From the NCBI GenBank assembly GCA_043228905.1, contig JBHGNT010000004.1:21948001-22012000 (forward strand): a DNA stretch of 64,000 bases. The letters run 5' to 3'. Source of the DNA: Azolla caroliniana (lineage: Eukaryota > Plantae > Polypodiophyta). The position numbers and the translations under genes were made by a program. The notes below the pieces were generated by a model. That model made no database searches. It had not been told where the DNA came from and saw only the letters and a program-made list of their open reading frames with translations. This document shows, in pieces, positions 50,486 through 63,950 of the stretch (position 1 is its first letter; each line of letters opens with the position of its first letter).

Positions 50486-53013
50486 AAACTGTGATCTGTC
50501 AAAATTTGTTTTGGTTATTTATTGAATTAACACCCTCATCTGATCTGTTTACCAGGAGGGTTGAGAGTAAAATTCACTCTCCATTACAAGATGCACAAAT
50601 TGTGAGAAAAAAATGGGCTCAATATTCTGCGGTGCGCGAGAACGGAGGAAATCCTCAATGAATCGTTGTAGTTTACTGCTAATTTTAGTAATCGATGCTC
50701 TTGGGCAGTGGGCGAAAGTTAGCAATCATCTCGATTCTCGGCTAATATTCGTTATACTAAGCCCTCCACATGGTTCTTTCATTGAGAGGTTATGGTTGAA
50801 GAGTAATTCAGAAGGCATGTGATATTGTTTGATTCTTTGCACCTACAAGGAAATAAATAGATGCAAATATATATGTATATATAATGCATAGCTATGTATA
50901 TGCATGTGTAAGGTATATAATTGATGCCATTCATTGGGTGTGTTGAAATGGCAATTTTGCTATTCATATCCCTACCAAGGACCCAATTTATGGTTTTGCA
51001 TTTTATTTCTGTTTAGACTGGAATTTTTTTCATCAACTTGTTCCCTGAATATTTGTAATACTAATATCAATAAAATTGTTTATGCTGCAGTCTCATTGTC
51101 CTATATAATGTACATTAGATTGTATTCTCCCAATGAAAATTAGCAATATTTATTGTGGTTTTGTAATGAAAAGCATTACAACTTGCTGTTTTTGATTAAT
51201 GGTTTATCGAGCAAGTTTTAAACAATGTCATCAACAAAAGCAGATATGATTGTAAAACTTATTGTATTTTAAAGTTGATATTGATCATGTTTCATATGCT
51301 TTATCGGTATGTTATTTTTAACTTAACAATGTCTTTCAATGCAAGGCAGCTTGTTATGCACAACTTAAAAGCATGATGGAATTAATTATCTTGACTCTTA
51401 CGTAACCTTGATGTTTTGCATGTAGTGACCTTTTGTGCGATAATGAGAATGTTTATAATATTTATTTTCTAATACTCGATGATTTTAATTTTATTTGTGA
51501 ACAATGAAAATTTGGTCTCTCTACTCTTATTGATTATCATCTTCTTACCATCAGTATGTGTCTTACTTGTGTATGTTGATATGCATGGATGGTGACTATC
51601 ATGCTCCTTATGACACATACAAAGATGCTTAAACTTATGTTATTGTATCCGAAGGTTACATTAGCTCAGACTACTTGAGTATGTTTTGGTCATCATCCTA
51701 CTCTAGGTGCCTTTCTTAAAGGATGACAAGGCAACTTTGAGTAGACATGAATGCTTCTAATCCAAGTCCTTGCTTATGAGTCATGACATTGTGTGCATAT
51801 CCTACATAGAGTAGAGAGGCGAGTAGGTATGGGAGATTATTCTCCCACTATCCAACATTTAATGATATTTCCTCATGGATCCTAAATTTTCTTATAATGT
51901 AATTAAGTATACCTAGGTTTTGGATCATTACACCAGGTGGATGGTCAACATTATAGTGTGGCCATGGGTTTACATATTATGCGAACACTAGAGGATCAAA
52001 TTTGTGACATATGGAGGGTAGGATTGTCTAGGTTACCCATTATGGGTGATCAACATTATGGTGTGCCCATCCTACAACATATAATGTGGATGAATCCAAA
52101 CGTAGAAGGCTCAAAATTGTGATGTATAAAAGGTGGGATAATTGAGGCTTGTATTTGCAACTTCATCTATTGTTTGTTGGGACTTAGAATCCTTAATGGT
52201 CAGATTAGGTTTTGACAATGTCTTTTGTTTGGGTGGGGCAGGGTAGTTGTCAAAGGAGGGGTTTTGTGAATTCCTTATGGCCATTTGGACACAAGTCGAT
52301 GGACCTCATTGGTCACAACCAACTCTTAGGCTTGTTCAATGCCTCATCTCTTGTTTTTCGTGAGCTCCCCAAAAGATTCAAGGTGATGGACTTGGTCTCT
52401 AGATTATCAACAAACTTGGCATTTGTTGTATCACTTGTCTAGGCCTTGGCATTGCATGTCGACAAGACAATGACATTGACCACTGGATGAGGTCTTTGGT
52501 ACAACATAACTTGGAGAATATCAATCTTATATTGTGGGGTTACTTGGGGATGGTTTACTAAGTAAGCTTGTATGTTCACATCCTCCATTTAGTCCAACTT
52601 GTTGACATCCTCACCAATACAACATGATGGTCATCAAGGTCTTGGCGGAGTGGATAACTTCACTTTCATTTCCTTCCGACTGAAAGGATACCAATTGCTA
52701 GTGGTGCAAATTGTGTTTGCTTGGTGATGTGTAGTGATGATTGCCCAGAAACATATGGTGGGCATCTGGGTTATTCAAGTGAAGGATCATGTTAGCGTGG
52801 ATGGTTGACATCCTTAATTAGACTGAAAGGTTCCATTGATTGCTCATTCGACATTCATAGGTTGCAATTGACCCATTGTTGATTACGTCAAACCAATCGT
52901 TGACATGCGTGCTCTCCAACCATTGATCACCAACCAAAGGTACATCAAACCCATTTATTTGGAGAGTTTGGATGAATCACCATAGTGTTGGTAGCGAGTT
53001 AAGTTTAAGACGA

Positions 53014-53463
53014 TGTAAGATATGCATGAATACATGGCATGAGATTTAATAGGCTATTAAGGGATAGGACCGGCTGACTTGGTTCCTGTTAAGAGTCTAC
53101 ACTAATCAATAGACCGAAATAGAGTAAAATAAAGTAAATAGATTAGATAGAAGGACCCGTTCCACATGACTACCCCCAAGCTATGATCAAGACATAGACA
53201 ACCTACCACAAACGTACCATACCACTAGATATTAGTATGACTAATACCTTGGAATAGATAACATGATTGTCGTGATGAAAGCCTAGCCCGCACCACCAGT
53301 GTCTTAAGATGGCAACCTTCTGACGTAACGTGTTTTATGAGGGTAGCTAGGCCTCATATTTATACCTCTGCCTAGGCCCCTATTAATTAGAAATACTAAG
53401 GTCCAAACTTAGCATGTGGCACATGCTTGGTGCAAACCACGAGGGAAACCCTATATAAGAACA
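53014..53463 (-). mobile_element. Degenerate LTR-like sequence related to the 40138 solo LTR
   Basis: GTAGCTAGGCCTCATATTTATA (~53343) is the reverse complement of TATAAATATGAGGCCTAGCTAC (~40299). TGT...ACA ends are plausible, but no TSD was found. Confidence 0.45.
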
Positions 53464-53830
53464 CCTTATTATGAGGTGTAAACAAAACTTTCTACTAATG
53501 TATATACACATGTCTACAATCCCTCTCTAGCCTATGTTACATCACTCCTTACCTTAATCTTTTCTATCTCTTTCACTTACTCAAATTATTCTACTCAAGA
53601 TTTCTCTCTCTCATGCATCTCTTGTTATAGGACCATCAAGGTTCCACCTTATTATGAGGTATAAACAAAACTTTCTACTAATGTATACACACATGGCTAC
53701 AATCCCTCTCTAGCCTATGTTACATCACTCCTTACCATAACCTTCTCTATCTCTTTCATTTACTTAAATTATTCTACTCAAAATTTTTCTCTCTCATGCA
53801 TCTCTTGTTATAGGACCATCAAGGTTCCAC
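53462..53830 (+). repeat. Two-copy 183-bp tandem duplication
   Basis: CACCTTATTATGAGG..GGACCATCAAGGTTC repeated at 53462 and 53645; CAC microhomology. Confidence 0.9.
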
Positions 53831-54715
53831 ATGCACACATGCATGCAATGCACATCTTCAAGACAACAAGGGGTCACATTATAATTCAAGTAGCTCCATA
53901 CGTCTAATGCTCCTACTCTTATAAGTCCTTCGTTATGACCTCGTCTGCATGATTCCCATAAATTGGAGAATACTAGAGAATAGTAAAGAGCATGAGATTA
54001 TAACAACATAAACCACACTATAAACTTGCACAACAATTTGATAGAGAATAAATTTTTAATGGAAGCAATTCAGGCTTTTCTATATTATAACAATATACAC
54101 ACTTGTTTCTCTATTAAGCCTCCCTTACGATTGTTGAATTGTGCCACTTGGTGGCCTAAATACGTATGAATAATGATCATTATTCTATTGCATCGATTTT
54201 AATGATTTGCTTGTTGGGCCGCTTGAATAAGAGTCATTTTCATTCCTAAATAGTTTTAACAACCTAATTAATTATACCTCTATTTCTTACCAATACACGC
54301 CCTTTAGATAGCTTACAACTTTAATCAATGCAACAAAAAAGCTTTGCTTTCATCTAACCATAAATCATCCACTAGTATCATGTATTTAGAATTTGCATTG
54401 ATGACTAATTGTTTGTATGGAAAACAAGCCAAAGTGAATTATACGATTTTGCGGTGTTACATGTGTGCATGTGAAATGAGAGTTGGGTCATTGAGGACTT
54501 GAACTAGAGAAGATGGTTTTGGTGGTTGACAACATGTGAAATGAGAGTTGGGTCACCAAGGACTTAAAACTAGGAATATGGGTTTGGTGGTTGAGTTGTT
54601 GACGAGAGAGAGAAAGATATCTATGGTGTAATAGAGAGGTGAGAAAATTGAATTACGAACCCAAGATGTAGTGCTAGTAGTGTAAAACCACTTACCTCTA
54701 GGGTAAGCTAATTAC

Positions 54716-54720
<5 letters not shown>

Positions 54721-54783
<63 letters not shown>
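54721..54783 (+). repeat. (GA)n microsatellite
   Basis: Direct inspection. Confidence 0.95.
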
Positions 54784-54786
<3 letters not shown>

Positions 54787-57700
54787 CATCAAGCAAGAGT
54801 GGAGAGGGGAAGAAGAATAAGCGAATATGTTTTTGTTGTTGTGCTCTCTAGCATTGGAAAGCCCTCGGTTAGAACTTTGTAATGAGATATAGTAAGTTTA
54901 ATTTGGTGGTTTGTACTAGAAGTAACGGTTGAAAGTAGGAATCGTGTGTTGTCGGCATACACATACTCAACATGCATTACAAACATCCTATTATCTTCTT
55001 CATCTTCGATCTCTTCAATTGGGTGAGTTTTGGTTTTCTCTCTTGTTCATGGAAAATTATTTTTATCCTGAGTCAATATCACATTAAGAATAATGGATAT
55101 AAACATGAATTCCTCACAAATTGTGGGGGACATCAATATGGGAATCATTGATCCAATAAAGAATAATGTGATGATTGAATGTAATTGTGAAAGGGAAGAA
55201 TTTGGAAGCTCTAAGAGGTTTAAGGGTATTGAGGAAGTTAATGAGAAGAAATTAACATATGCCGAGGCAATACATGTAGATGAAGTTGACAATAATCATC
55301 GTAATTGGGATAGTTTATGGGGAATTGCCAATACCTTGTTGTCTGATATTGTGAAAGGAAATGAAAATGCATCAAAAGAATGTATCGATGAGGATGTGCA
55401 TGATGTGGAAGTTGATGTTAAGGCAAGGTTGCAATCTTTTGATGTATTCTATGATTGTGTAGTTATATTATTTTTTATCGGGAAACTCCCATATATAAAT
55501 TGTATTAAATAATGGTTGAACACAATTGTGTCACCGAATTGTGTCGAGGATATATTTGCAGGACCATGAGGGTTTTATGATGTAGTATTTCGTTCCCCTG
55601 AACATCGAAGTGCATTGTTGGTTAAAGTTCTAGTGTTTTTTGATAAACGATTAATGCATGTAATGCAATGGTCCCCCATAGTGAACTATCATGCTTTGGT
55701 GAAACAAGAATTCCCCATTTGGGTAATAGTGGATTGTAAGCATGCATTTTTATGGTCACTTTTACCAGAGTTAATGAGTCAAATGGGTAAAGTGTTGGTA
55801 TCTCCACATGGAAATGTTACAAATAAGTGTAGATTTTGTGTGTTATGGGATACAAGTCATTAGAGGCCAGGATGGGTGCGTATGAACACACCTGGGATGA
55901 AAAGACTTTGTTTTAAATTGACGTGAGAAACATTTGCAGGTCATTGTTTTGGATGTGGTGAATGGGGTGACTTTATGGTGGAATGCCAACATGATTGTCC
56001 TTCAACTTTAGAGGTTCCTAATGAAGGGAATGGTAAGGACGGAGTTGGGAGAGATGTTGGTGTGTCAGATATTGTGGTTGTTATGAATGAAGGAACATCA
56101 TCTAGAGCAGGTTATACAGAGGTCTCACTTCAAGGTTGGAACTCAATCTATGGATATGGAAAAACAAAGTTTTAGTGGTTTTAGATAAGGGGAAAAAACT
56201 AATGGATAGAACTAATAGTGATGTTGTTGTTGATAAAGATTGACATAAGGTTAAGGGCAAGTCAAAGGGGAAATCAATGAATATGCAACGTAATAGTTTG
56301 CCCACTACTCGTGAGGCTACTTAGCAAGGTAATTGAGGAACTAGGGAGGGTCCTTGAAAAGTTCCTTGGCAACGACAATTTAGGGATAAAGGATTAGCCC
56401 TTCACCTTCAATTTGATTCATTGGGATGAGTTGTAAAGGATTACCCCTTCACCTACAAATTCTCGAGGTTTTCGTCAAGCGGGAAAATCCATATGCAGCA
56501 TTGGAACATGCTTTGACTAGTTTCATGACATTGGTTGCTCTAAATGAGCAAGTACACCCATAACATTGTTGATTGAATGAAAGTCGTAACATGGAATGTG
56601 AGAGGGGCATGTTCTCCTCATAATAAGTATATATGAGCAAGTACACCCATAACATTGTTGATTGAATGAAAGTCGTAACATGGAATGTGAGAGGGGCATG
56701 TTCTCCTCATAATAAGTATATATTATGGGAAACTATGTCATGTAAAGAATGGGATGTATTATGTGCAGTTGAGCATTAGTGTCACATTGAGTTAACAGGA
56801 TCCACAGTCCATCTGCGTGGATATTCACCATTCTATACAAGACATCGTAATAATCATTATTCAGGTGTGGTATTAATCGTGCAAGATAAATATTATTCTC
56901 AAGTGGTGCATACTGATCCTTATGGTTGGTTTTTGGTTCCATAAATCACTTTTTTTGCTAGGTTGTTTGGGTGGTTGGGATTTATACCCCTAACAAAGCC
57001 ACTAAATGTATTGCATTATGTGGTTCACAACGTGTACTAGCACTGTAATTTCGGACTAGGTTAGACACTAAGTGTGGGCCGTCTAGGATTACTTATGGGT
57101 GATTTTTAACACATGTATTGATGCATCTCAATCTATGTCTGAACATTCAATTATGGATGATCTTGAGCAACTAGCTTGGGATTCATTGGCTATGGAGGTT
57201 CTGAAGTTGGATGTTTGGACATGGTTGCATGGGAATGATCCAAGTTATACCTTCCAATCCACTCAACATATTAGAGAGACATGGGGTCTGTTAGATAGAA
57301 TGTATGTGATGCACGATGATTCTTTTTTATCGACATCACTTCGTATGACAGTTCTACGAGATGTAGGAACTTCAGGTCACTTTCTCATCTGTTTGGAGGT
57401 TTGTAGTCATGCAATTGACATGTATAAATCCTTACGCTTTAACTCTTCTCTTTTGTTTCAACCTCACCTTTGATTCTCTCATGGGGCAAAATTTGGAGGT
57501 TTGTAGCCTCCATTACGCTTTAACTCTTCTCTTTTGCTTCAACCTCACTTTGATTCTCTCATGGAGCAAATTTTGGTAAATGTTTCACAAGAAGTGAATC
57601 TTAAAGGAGTTAAAGCATGGGATATTACGTTACGAAACATTTAGATCATTCATCGTATGTATGGAGTAATTAATGCTCAATGAAGAAGAGGTCTTCTTCG

Positions 57701-58148
57701 AAAATTCTCACAAGTTCTCTCCAGGTGTAATACATCATTGATACTTGCACAATTAGATGAGGAACTTTTGGATATCTAGAGTCAATTGCATGTTATTATT
57801 TCTCAATTTCAAGGCCAAAGTTACCATTATGCTAAGATGCGACAACTCAGAGATGAGCTCATAGATAATCAATGTCAATCTCATTTTTTTCCCCAACTGT
57901 TACATCATACTTATGCTTGATCTAATGTGGTACATGTGAAGCAAGGGGATGAATTGCTAGTGGATCCTACTACAATATTGACATATGTGTTCATTACTTT
58001 AAGGAGTTAATTGGCCTGTGACAATTGTTAATGAAAAATGAGGTGAGTAGAGCACGTCATGAGTTTTATGATGTGGTTGGATGTATTGTGCATGACCTCA
58101 TTAGTCATGACTTGGATGTGGATCTCATTGAGGATGAGGTGGACACGG

Positions 58149-61100
58149 TGTCGCGTTGTTACGCGCGTGCGTGTAGAAAGGCGGGACCACGGGGGTCCTG
58201 GACTAGGGAGTGACGGAGCGCAGGAAGTCGTGCTTCACCCTTTCCGGGGCACCCCAGGAGCACACCAGAAGCAACCGAACGAGAGAGAGAGAGAGAGAGA
58301 GGGAGACAGAGAGGGAGCGTGCGCTTGACACCGACTCACACACACACACACACACACGCCGACCCGACTCACGCCCTTATGTGTAGGAATGCAAGAAAGG
58401 GGAAGCACCCAACACCAACAGAGACACGAATATACATAGATAGACGCAAATGTATGTATTATAAGGGAAAGAATAAAACCCCGGCTTCGAGCCAGACCAA
58501 GCTAGGGTAGGTTACAACAGCAGTCTGCAGCCAAGCCGTCGTCCAGGGAGCTCTCGGGCTCGTCACGCAGAGCGGGGTCTTGCACAGGAGACCGAGCAGA
58601 AACAACCCTCTATAGTCCACCCACACCGCGAAGAAGAGGAAGAAGAAGTAGAAGAACTAACCCTAAATCTAACGGTATACCCTCTAACACAAAATGGGCA
58701 ACCCTTCTATAAGGGACCATCCCTTCCTTTTATAGAACAAGGAGAGGGATGCATTACAATGTGGGATAAATCCCGATTTACATGGGATTCTTCGGCCGAC
58801 TTAACTCCTATTATTCACACAATTACACGAGGGTGAGTGCACATGGTGCACCCCGCCGATGTAGCCAATATTTCTTGGTTTCCGCCTCTGGCCGAAATTC
58901 TTCATGACATCCGCCCCCACCTAACCGCACGTCCACCGGTACGTGCCAAATCCGGTGAAGGGTGAGAGATTTCGGCCGGTGAGAAACCGGTCTTCCGTAA
59001 TCCGCATCCCGGCTCGCTGCCGGTTTGATCCGTCGGCTTTGGTTCTTCCTTCGCGCTTACCTCCCCGTTGGCTTGTTCGACCCGTCGATGGGTCCTTTGC
59101 CGCGATCTCCATAGTACGCATACTTCCGCTGGCCCTTGTTCGGCCGTATGCAGGCCCTGCTCCCCGCCGTATGCCCGATGTCCTCCGCTTGAGGAACGCC
59201 TGTAGTGGCCCGCTTGGCCTCCTTTGACCATTCATGTTGTCCTGATTGCCATCCCTTGTTGTTTCGCGTTGCCTTCGTCCTCTCGCCGCCACCTTCCTTC
59301 TTCATGGTCTTACGTCGCCACGTCGGCTCGAACCGCCATGGTCTCCGGAACGGTGTGGAGGATCCTTCTCTGGCCTTCTACGCGCTACCTCCGAACCACG
59401 CAACCCATCTTCGCGCTCGCCTTTCCGCTCCGGCACCTCCGTGTGCCGCATACACTTGTCCGTTGTTGGCATTGCCTGTGCCGTACTCTAGTTCATTACA
59501 CACCTTGTCGGCCCCTTTCCTGGCCAGATCGTGCATCGCCGCTCACCCGCATATCGATGTTCTCCGCATCCGAGGAACACCCCGTAGTAGCCCGCTTGGC
59601 CCTTCCCGTTTTCGTGCTGCTGCAACAGGTCCTGAGTCTTCCGCTTGCCGTCGTCCCCTCGCCCCCACCAGCTTGTCACCCCGGGCTTGCCGTGTCAGTC
59701 TTCGCTACTTGGACGGAGCTACCGAGATCTACGAAGCGAGTGTGGAGGATCCTCCTCCGGCCTCTCTTGACATCCCCTGACTCCGACACTGTGCAGTCCA
59801 CTAGGCACCCGTCACCTCGTTCCCGGCACCTCCCTTGTGCCGTCTTCTGCTTCCTTTGTTCGGCACCGCCCATGCCAAACACCGTCCCTTAGTCACGCTT
59901 CGATCAGGCCCATGATGGCCACTTGCGAGACTCATGTTCTGTCCTAGTTGTGCCTTTTCGGCCCGACACACCTCCCTGTGTTTGCCCTACTGGCTCCTTC
60001 CGCTATCGTAATCGGCTGGTAAGGGTTCCGCTCTTCGTCCGTCCCGTCTTACCGACCTTTGTCGATGCCGGGTCCCGTCCCTGGCCGCCACCTTCCTTCT
60101 CCCTCGGTCTTACGTTGCCACGTTGGACGAACAACCAAGGTCTCCAGAACCGGTGTGAAGATCCCATAGGACCGGTCTTCGTTTCGTTGCTTGCCGTAAT
60201 TCAGGGTGTCTTTGTTTGAGTCCCTCCCGGATTCTCCTCACGTCTTCCTTCTTTCACAAGTCGAGAGGGTGGCTCGCTCCACACCCTCTCCTGTGGTACC
60301 GACGTACCGTGTTCCCGGCCTCTTCGTAGGCCTGCTCTCTTCCTCCCTCCCGGAATGGTTTTACTGAAGTTCGCTCCGCCCGGTTCTCGTCCGGGTCCGT
60401 CCGTCTTTCTCAGGATTGTTGGGTCCCATTCTCCTGTTGCCACCTTCCTCTCCTATAGGACTCACGCCGGCTATCGGGCCGACCGTCGGGTCAGTGTAAG
60501 GAACTCCATAGGACCGGCTTCCATTCTCCTGTACTTCTCCCGAACTCGTCGTCGCTCTCCTTGCTGCGATCCTGCCTCCATCTTCCATCTCTTTCGGTCT
60601 TACGTTGCCCCATCGGCCGAACAATCGTAGTCTCTAGATAGGATGTGGCGTAACCGATTTCACAACGTCTTTCGGCAACTCGTCCGGGCCACCGCCCCCT
60701 TTAGTGGTGTCGGTGGATAGCATCCGCTCTGTGATCAATCAAGCCTCGCCTGAGCTTGATTCTCCAATATCCAGAGTTTCGGCTCCGATGCCGACCTTGC
60801 CAGACTCGTTCCGAACCTCTGATCACCCTCCTTCCATTCCCGACCTTCGCCCGGTCGGTCTTTCTCCCCATGTAAAAGAGGGCGGCTCGTCCCGCACCCT
60901 CTCCCGTATCAGCACCTTTATGACGAATCCGGCCCCGATCGAACAATCCACGACTGGATTACGCTCCACCCGTATCGGAGCGTCGCGTGGTTCGGTCCCC
61001 GGTCGGGCCGTTCCTTGGTCTCTTCGTCGCCTTTTTGCTGGCCATCTCCCATCCATCTTCGATGGCATCGTGCCAGGACTCGGTACCGCCATCCATCTCC

Positions 61101-63155
61101 TCGGTCTTACATGGGCATACAGGCCTAAATGCCGAGTTCTCCGGAATCGGGTCCGGGGGCTTTTGTCCGCTCCTTCCCCGCATCGTCTCGCCGGTGATTC
61201 TTGGTCTCTCGCCGCCGCCTTCCTCCTCTTGGGACTCAAGTGGGCACTCGGGCCCGACTGTCATCGTCTCAGGAGCAAGTGTGGGGAGACACAAAGAATC
61301 GCCCGTCCGTTTTACGCCCTTGTCCGTAGCCACCGGCTCTTCGTGGTCGGCGGTCGTCTCCTTACCGATCGCGCAAGCCCCGTCTGGGCTTGCTTCTCCA
61401 TTGACCGGGGTTTCGGGCTGACACGCCTGACACCGCTGGTTCCAATGTTCCGATCCCGCGATCGGTATCTCGGCCTCGTCCTTGGCCGTTCTATCTCCGC
61501 AAGTCGAGGGGGCGTTTTGTTCCGCACCCTTTCCCGTGGTACCGTGGTACCAATCTTCCGCCATCGCGCGGAGCAAGTCAGTCTCCTCAGTCTTGGCTTG
61601 CGGCCTCAATCTTTCCTCTTCCTCGAGCATCGCCTCGAGAGTTGCGTATGCCTCCACAATCCTGGCCCCAACGCCGACCCTTGCCGACTATCTTTGCCTT
61701 TCGGCCTCTTCCCGTTGTGATGGCACGCCGTCGCGCCCCTTCCTCTTATCCTTCTTGGCTCGCTCGTTATCTAGCCGTTGGCACACCCTTCCGACCTTCG
61801 ACCAGTCCTCCGTAAGCCCATTCGCTCCGTCGTCGTCTTCGAGCTCAATCCCGATGGCCTCCCGTTCCGCTCGGTCGATTGACCTGACGAACAATAGGAC
61901 TTTGTCCGCCCCCACCAAACCTTGTTCCCGCTCCGGAAGCCGAGCAAGCCATCACTCGAACTCTCGGAACGCCTTCGTTGCGCCCCGGTGGGTCTTTGCC
62001 GATGCTACCCACTGGTTGAAGTCATGCCGTCCCCGGCTCTTCCGCCGTCCTCCATATGCCTGCAGGAGCGCCTTTTCAAAGGCCTCCCACGAACTATGAG
62101 ATTCTCGGAGCTCCTTCACTTCCACGTGCATATGGACGGCGACAACCCGACAGAAGAACCCCAGCCTCAACGCTTCGTCCACGTCTCGTTCCTCCATTTC
62201 CGCGTTGTAGGCTTCCAAGTAAGATGGGACTTTGTCCCCGTTGAAACGGCCGACTCTTTCGACCACTCGCTCAACCGCTTGTTGCGTTGCTTCTCGCCTC
62301 ATCACCACTCGTGTCGACTCCAACACCACTTCGGCCACCATCTCCGCGAGGTCGTCGTCTTCCGATCCCATCCTCCATTGCCGCCCTTCACGTCAGGTTC
62401 ACCAAATATATCGCGTTGTTACGCGCGTGCGTGTAGAAAGGCGGGACCACGGGGGTCCTGGACTAGGGAGTGACGGAGCGCAGGAAGTAGTGCTTCACCC
62501 TTTCCGGGGCACCCCAAGAGCACACCGGAAGCAACCGAACGAGAGAGAGAGAGAGAGAGAGAGGGAGTGCACGCTTGACACCGACTCACACACACACACA
62601 CACGTCGTCCCGACTCACGCCCTTATGTGCAGGAACGCAAGAAAGGGGAAGCACCCGACACCAACAGAGACATGAATATACACAGACAGACGCAAATGTA
62701 TGTATTATAAGGGAAAGAATACAACCCCGGCTTCGAGCCGGACCAAGCTAGGGTAGGTTACAACAGCAGTCTGCAGCCAACCCGCCGTCCGGGGAGCTCT
62801 TGGGCTCGTCACGCAGAGCGGGGTCTTGCACAGGAGACCGAGCAGAAACAACCCTCTATAGTCCACCCACACCGCGAAGAAGAGGAAGAAGAAGTAGAAG
62901 AACTAACCCTAAATCTAACGGTATACCCTCTAACACAAAATGGGCAACCCTTCTACAAGGGACCATCCCTTCCTTTTATAGAACAAGGAGAGGGATGCGT
63001 TACAATGTGGGATAAATCCCGATTTACATGGGATTCTTCGCCCGACTTAACTCCTATTATTCACACAATTACACGAGGGTGAGTGCACATGGTGCACCCC
63101 GCCGATGTAGCCAATATTTCCCGGTTTCCGCCTCTAGCCGAAATTCTTCACGACA
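58149..63155 (-). mobile_element. Non-autonomous Gag-only LTR retrotransposon (TR-GAG-like) related to element 1
   Basis: LTRs 58149-58909 and 62409-63155 (~96% identical by hand). TSD ACGG at 58145-58148 and 63156-63159. PBS-Trp 62387-62404 (1 mismatch); PPT 58910-58926. 3.5-kb interior has no recognisable PR/RT/RH/INT. Confidence 0.9.
60959..62371 (-). pseudogene. gag: gag-like ORF of element 2 (nonsense-interrupted)
   Basis: ORFs 61952-62371, 61688-61918 and 60959-61657 share one frame. VGRFNGDKVPSYLEAYNAEM and KVLLFVRSID..GLTEDWSKVGRVC align with element-1 gag IGRFSGKDATSYLASYRAEM and RVLLFVKSVD..GLMTDWAAVKRVC. Confidence 0.8.
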
Positions 63156-63159
63156 ACGG

Positions 63160-63950
63160 TGTCGTGGTAATCCGCGTGTACGTGTAGGATCCAAGGCGGG
63201 ACCAGGGGGGTCTTGGACTAGGGAGGAGAGGAGAAGGAATAAGACACAAAATGGAAGCTTAGCTCAAGAGGAGAAGAGGAATAATAGCACATAAACATAG
63301 AATAGAATAAATGGAGGCAAGATACACCCACAAGACAAGAAAATCAACATGCTATATTAAGAGTTCACAAAAGTTTACAACCAAGGCCGCATAGGCCGCA
63401 CCAAAAACGACTACAAGAAAACCCTCACCCAATGAGCAAGTAAAGAAGTATAGTAAAACCCTAAAGGAAACCCTAAAATCGAATAGAACCCCTCGACCTA
63501 AGTGGTATACCTCTCTCACTCAGAATAGGCAACCCCAAATGAGCCCCCCTCGACCTCCTTTTATAGGAAAAAAGGCATGGGGTCGCTAATTTTGTCTTTA
63601 ATGCAAAAAAGGAATAAAATTCCTTAAATCACGTTGCACTATAAGACTAGATTTGAACCGTGATTCTATCTCTATAAATTCCTAGTCTGTCTTCCCTCTA
63701 CTTTTTACCTCTCCTCTCTCTTACGTTTTACATGAGCTCATTACTCATTCTACTCTATAAAGTGCACATCACATTTATGCCTCTACGAACTTCGTGGTGC
63801 AGCTTTAGCACCTTAGATTATTACCCTTCCCAATACATTTTGTTTACTTATTCTTATTACACAAATTTACAAGTGCATATGCAATGTTGCACATCCCCAT
63901 TTTATTTGTCCCTCTCGGTTTTCTCACCATAGCTAGAAATCTTCACGACA
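63160..63950 (-). mobile_element. Solo LTR (791 bp) of a third related family
   Basis: TGTCGTGG...CTTCACGACA termini and a shared GGCGGGACCA..GGGGTCTTGGACTAGGGAG block. Flanked by ACGG (63156-63159) and ATGG (63951-63954). Confidence 0.85.

Noticed and set aside
51800-53013. Possible gag remnant attached to the 53014 LTR-like sequence
   Set aside because: No convincing frame, PBS or second LTR.
60704-61720. 338-aa plus-strand ORF as an antisense accessory gene of element 2
   Set aside because: No ATG start or domain, and it overlaps the GC-rich gag frame.
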